This document shows positions 59,201 to 64,000 of a stretch of DNA of 64,000 nt, piece after piece. The notes beneath the pieces are model-generated. The model did no database searches, was not told the DNA's origin, and saw nothing but the letters and a program-made list of their open reading frames with translations. This stretch comes from Eledone cirrhosa (taxonomy: Eukaryota), in assembly GCA_964016885.1 (NCBI GenBank), contig OZ024742.1, forward strand, positions 365,676,001 through 365,740,000, given 5' to 3'. The position numbers were made by a program, and so were the translations under genes. How positions within the stretch are numbered: the first letter of the stretch is position 1; every line of letters begins with the position of its first letter.

Positions 59201-60900
59201 AAACTATATTCCATATATTGTTGTCAGTAAACTATATTCCATATATTGTCAGAAAACTATATACCATATATTGTTGTCAGAAAACTATATTCCATATATT
59301 GTCATAAAACTATATTCCATATATTGTTGTCAGAAAACTATATACCATATATTGTTGTCAGAAAACTATATTCCATATATTGTCAGAAAACTATATTCCA
59401 TATATTGTTGTCAGAAAACTATATTCCATATATTGTCAGAAAACTATATTCCATATATTGTTGTCAGAAAACTATATTTCATATAGTGTCAGAAAACTAT
59501 ATTTCATATATTGTCAGAAAACTATATTCCATATATTGTTGTCAGAAAACTATATTCCATATATTGTTGTCAGAAAACTATATTCCATATATTGTCAGAA
59601 AACTATATTCCATATATTGTTGTCAGTAAACTATATTCCATATATTGTCATAAAACTATATTCCATATATTGTCAGAAAACTATATTCCATATATTGTCA
59701 GAAAACTATATTCCATATATTGTCAGAAAACTATATTCCATATATTGTTGTCAGAAAACTATATTCCATATATTGTCAGAAAACTATATTCCATATATTG
59801 TCAGAAAACTGTATTACATATATTGTTGTCTGAAAACTATATTCCATATATTGTCAGAAAACTATATTCCATATATTGTTGTCAGTAAACTATATTCCAT
59901 ATATTGTTATCAGAAAACTATATTCCATATATTGTTGTCAGAAAACTATATTCCATATATTGTCAGAAAAATATATTCCATATATTGTTGTCAGAAAACT
60001 ATATTCCATATATTGTCAGAAAACTATATTCCATATATTGTTGTCAGAAAACTATATTCCATATATTGTCAGAAAACTATATTCCATATATTGTTGTCAG
60101 AAAACTATATTCCATATATTGTCAGAAAACTATATTCCATATATTGTTGTCAGAAAACTATATTCCATATATTGTCAGAAAAATATATTCCAAATATTGT
60201 TGTCAGAAAACTATATTCCATATATTGTCAGAAAACTATATTCCATATATTGTTGTCAGAAAACTATATTCCATATATTGTCAGAAAACTATATTCCATA
60301 TATTGTTGTCAGAAAACTATATTCCATATATTGTCAGAAAACTATATTCCATATATTGTTGTCAGAAAACTATATTCCATATATTGTCCGAAAACTATAT
60401 TCCATATATTGTTGTCAGAAAACTATATTCCATATATTGTCAGAAAACTATATTCCATATATTGCTGTCAGAAAACTATATTTCATATATTATCAGAAAT
60501 CTATATTCCATATATTGTCAGAAAACTATATTCCATATATTGTTGTCAGAAAACTATATTCCATATATGGTTGTCAGAAAACTATATACCATATATTGTC
60601 AGAAAACTATATTCCATATATTGTTGTCAGAAAACTATATTCCATATATGGTTGTCAGTAAACTATATTCCATATATTGTCAGAAAACTATATTCCATAT
60701 ATTGTTGTCAGAAAACTATATTCCATATATTGTTGTCAGAAAACTATATTCCATATATTGTCAGAAAACTATATTCCATATATTGTTGTCAGTAAACTAT
60801 ATTCCATATATTGTCAGAAAACTATATACCATATATTGTTGTCAGAAAACTATATTCCATATATTGTCAGAAAACTATATTCCATATATTGTTGTCAGAA
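56300..60900 (+). repeat. Three diverged copies of an approximately 1.5-kb unit (offsets 1462-1487 and 1565)
   Basis: ORF sets 56484/57946/59511, 56824/58311/59876 and 59112/60677. Shared GTCATAAAAC, CTGTATTACAT and ATATGG..TATACC variants. Confidence 0.82.
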
Positions 60901-63900
60901 AACTATATTCCATATATTGTCAGAAAACTATATTCCATATATTGTCAGAAAACTGTATTCCATATATTGTTGTCTGAAAACTATATTCCATATATTGTCA
61001 GACAACTATATTCCATATATTGTTGTCAGTAAACTATATTCCATATATTGTTGTCAGAAAACTATATTCCATATATTGTTGTCAGAAAACTATATTCCAT
61101 ATATTATTGTCAGTAAACTATATTCCATATATTGTCAGAAAACTATATTCCATATATTGTTATCAGAAAACTATATTCCATATATTGTCAGAAAACTATA
61201 TTCCATATATTGTTGTCAGAAAACTATATTTCATATAGTGTCAGAAAACTATATTCCATATATTGTCAGAAAACTATATTCCATATATTGTTGTCAGAAA
61301 ACTATATTCCATATATTGTTGTCAGAAAACTATATTCCATATATTGTCAGAAAACTATATTCCATATATTGTTGTCAGTAAACTATATTCCATATATTGT
61401 CAGAAAACTATATTCCATATATTGTCAGAAAACTATATTCCATATATTGTCAGAAAACTATATTCCATATATTGTCAGTAAACTATATTCCATATATTGT
61501 TGTCAGAAAACTATATTCCATATATTGTCAGAAAACTATATTCCATATATTGTCAGAAAACTGTATTCCATATATTGTTGTCTGAAAACTATATTCCATA
61601 TATTGTCAGACAACTATATTCCATATATTGTTGTCAGTAAACTATATTCCATATATTGTTGTCAGAAAACTATATTCCATATATTGTTGTCAGAAAACTA
61701 TATTCCATATATTGTCAGAAAACTATATTCCATATATTGTTGTCAGAAAACTATATTCCATATATTGTCAGAAAACTATATTCCATATATTGTTGTCAGA
61801 AAACTATATTCCATATATTGTCAGAAAACTATATTCCATATATTGTTGTCAGAAACCTATATTCCATATATTGTCAGAAAACTATATTCCATATATTGTT
61901 GTCAGAAAACTATATTCCTTATATTGTCAGAAAACTATATTCCATATATTGTCAGAAAACTATATTCCATATATTGTCAAAAAACTATATTCCATATATT
62001 GTCAGAAAACTATATTCCATATATTGTTGTCAGAAAACTATATTCCATATATTGTCAGAAAACTATATTCCATATATTGTCAGAAAACTGTATTCCATAT
62101 ATTGTTGTCTGAAAACTATATTCCATATATTGTCAGAAAACTGTATTCCATATATTGTTGTCAGAAAACTATATTCCATATATTGTTGTCAGAAAACTAT
62201 ATTCCATATATTGTCAGAAAAATATATTCCAAATATTGTTGTCAGAAAACTATATTCCATATATTGTCAGAAAACTATATTCCATATATTGTTGTCAGAA
62301 AACTATATTCCATATATTGTCAGAAAACTATATTCCATATATTGTTGTCAGAAAACTATATTACATATATTGTCAGAAAACTATATTCCATATATTGTTG
62401 TCAGAAAACTATATTCCATATATTGTCAGAAAACTATATTCCATATATTGTTGTCAGAAAACTATATTCCATATATTGTCAGAAAACTATATTCCATATA
62501 TTGTTGTCAGAAAACTATATTTCATATATTGTCAGAAATCTATATTCCATATATTGTCAGAAAACTATATTCCATATATTGTTGTCAGAAAACTATATTC
62601 CATATATGGTTGTCAGAAAACTATATTCCATATATTGTCAGAAAACTATATTCCATATATTGTTGTCAGAAAACTATATTCCATATATGGTTGCCAGTAA
62701 ACTATATTCCATATATTGTTGTCAGAAAACTATATTCCATATATTGTTGTCAGAAAACTATATTCCATATATTGTTGTCAGAAAACTATATTCCATATAT
62801 TGTCAGAAAACTATATTCCATATATTGTCAGAAAACTATATTCCATATATTGTTGTCAGTAAACTATATTCCATATATTGTCAGAAAACTATATTCCATA
62901 TATTGTTGTCAGAAAACTATATTCCATATATTGTCAGAAAACTATATTCCATATATTGTCAGAAAACTATATTCCTTATATTGTCAGAAAACTATATTCC
63001 ATATATTGTTGTCAGAAAACTATATTCCATATATTGTCAGAAAACTATATTCCATATATTGTCAGAAAACTGTATTCCATATATTGTTGTCTGAAAACTA
63101 TATTCCATATATTGTCAGACAACTATATTCCATATATTGTTGTCAGTAAACTATATTCCATATATTGTTGTCAGAAAACTATATTCCATATATTGTTGTC
63201 AGAAATCTATATTCCATATATTGTCAGAAAAATATATTCCATATATTGTTGTCAGAAAACTATATTCCATATATTGTCAGAAAACTATATTCCATATATT
63301 GTTGTCAGAAAACTATATTCCATATATTGTCAGAAAACTATATTCCATATATTGTTGTCAGAAAACTATATTCCATATATTGTCAGAAAACTATATTCCA
63401 TATCTTGTCAGAAAACTATATTCCATATATTGTGAGAAAACTATATTCCATATATTGTCAGAAAACTATATTCCATATATTGTCAGAAAACTATATTCCA
63501 TATATTGTTGTCAGAAAACTATATTCCATATATTGTTGTCAGAAAACTATATTCCATATATTGTCAGAAAACTATATTCCATATATTGTTGTCAGTAAAC
63601 TATATTCCATATATTGTCAGAAAACTATATTCCATATATTGTCAGAAAACTATATTCCATATATTGTCAGAAAACTATATTCCATATATTGTCAGAAAAC
63701 TATATTCCATATATTGTTGTCAGAAAACTATATTCCATATATTGTCAGAAAACTATATTCCATATATTGTCAGAAAACTGTATTCCATATATTGTTGTCT
63801 GAAAACTATATTCCATATATTGTCAGACAACTATATTCCATATATTGTTGTCAGTAAACTATATTCCATATATTGTTGTCAGAAAACTATATTCCATATA

Positions 63901-64000
63901 TTGTTGTCAGAAAACTATATTCCATATATTGTCAGAAAACTATATTCCATATATTGTTGTCAGAAAACTATATTCCATATATTGTCAGAAAACTATATTC

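Larger units (their letters stand above)
1..64000 (+). repeat. Tandem satellite DNA array of 25-bp and 28-bp monomers, consensus CAGAAAACTATATTCCATATAT(TGT)1-2; runs off both window ends
   Basis: Every line of the window reads as head-to-tail copies of this unit with only scattered substitutions. No unique sequence or strand switch was seen. The consensus is 6/25 or 7/28 G+C and contains no CpG. Confidence 0.99.

Noticed and set aside
29-63857. Hundreds of ORFs (62-1175 aa) as protein-coding genes
   Set aside because: They overlap in all three + frames with the same periodic peptide, use TTG starts and have no unique domains. Stops fall wherever a repeat variant occurs. They are translations of the satellite.
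1-64000. CRISPR array (25-28-bp partly palindromic repeats)
   Set aside because: The repeats abut directly with no unique spacers, leader or cas genes.
1-64000. Telomerase-synthesised long telomeric repeat with template stutter
   Set aside because: There is no G-rich strand. Point variants and length order are copied in multi-kb blocks, which indicates recombination or duplication rather than fresh synthesis from one RNA template.
1-64000. Identity with human HSat1A or HSat2/3
   Set aside because: It lacks the 17+25-bp 42-mer structure and the tandem (CATTC)n pentamers. Only AT richness and one ATTCC are shared.
1-64000. Pure sequencing artefact (rolling-circle or concatemer read)
   Set aside because: Variants are hierarchically shared, indels are almost absent and many distinct periods coexist, which fits a real evolving array. 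Individual near-perfect duplications (9995, 3741 bp) still need read-level confirmation.
1-64000. Embedded transposon, inversion or unique island
   Set aside because: None seen on reading through. The absence of any minus-strand ORF in the track agrees with a single orientation throughout.

Overview
All 64,000 bp are one uninterrupted, single-orientation, AT-rich (about 24-25% GC) tandem satellite array. It has roughly 2,400 monomers (64,000 / about 26.6 bp) in two length classes: 25 bp CAGAAAACTATATTCCATATATTGT and 28 bp (the same plus TGT). I see no genes, RNA genes, transposon insertions, CRISPR spacers or inversions. Every ORF in the track is a by-product of a + strand consensus with no stop codon. 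The information lies in two places. First, the 25/28 order and rare base variants reveal nested higher-order repeats and near-identical duplications (periods of 486, 527, 661, 1256, 1565, 2826, 2936, 3741, 6226 and 9995 bp) and three variant-defined subdomains. Second, the monomer is a quasi-palindrome with two dyad axes, and many recurrent variants improve that symmetry. The clearest case is a linked pair of substitutions that creates a perfect GTTGTCTGA-N20-TCAGACAAC inverted repeat about 40 times along the array. The architecture resembles eukaryotic centromeric, pericentromeric or subtelomeric satellite DNA. I do not recognise the family or organism. Counts are by eye and approximate.
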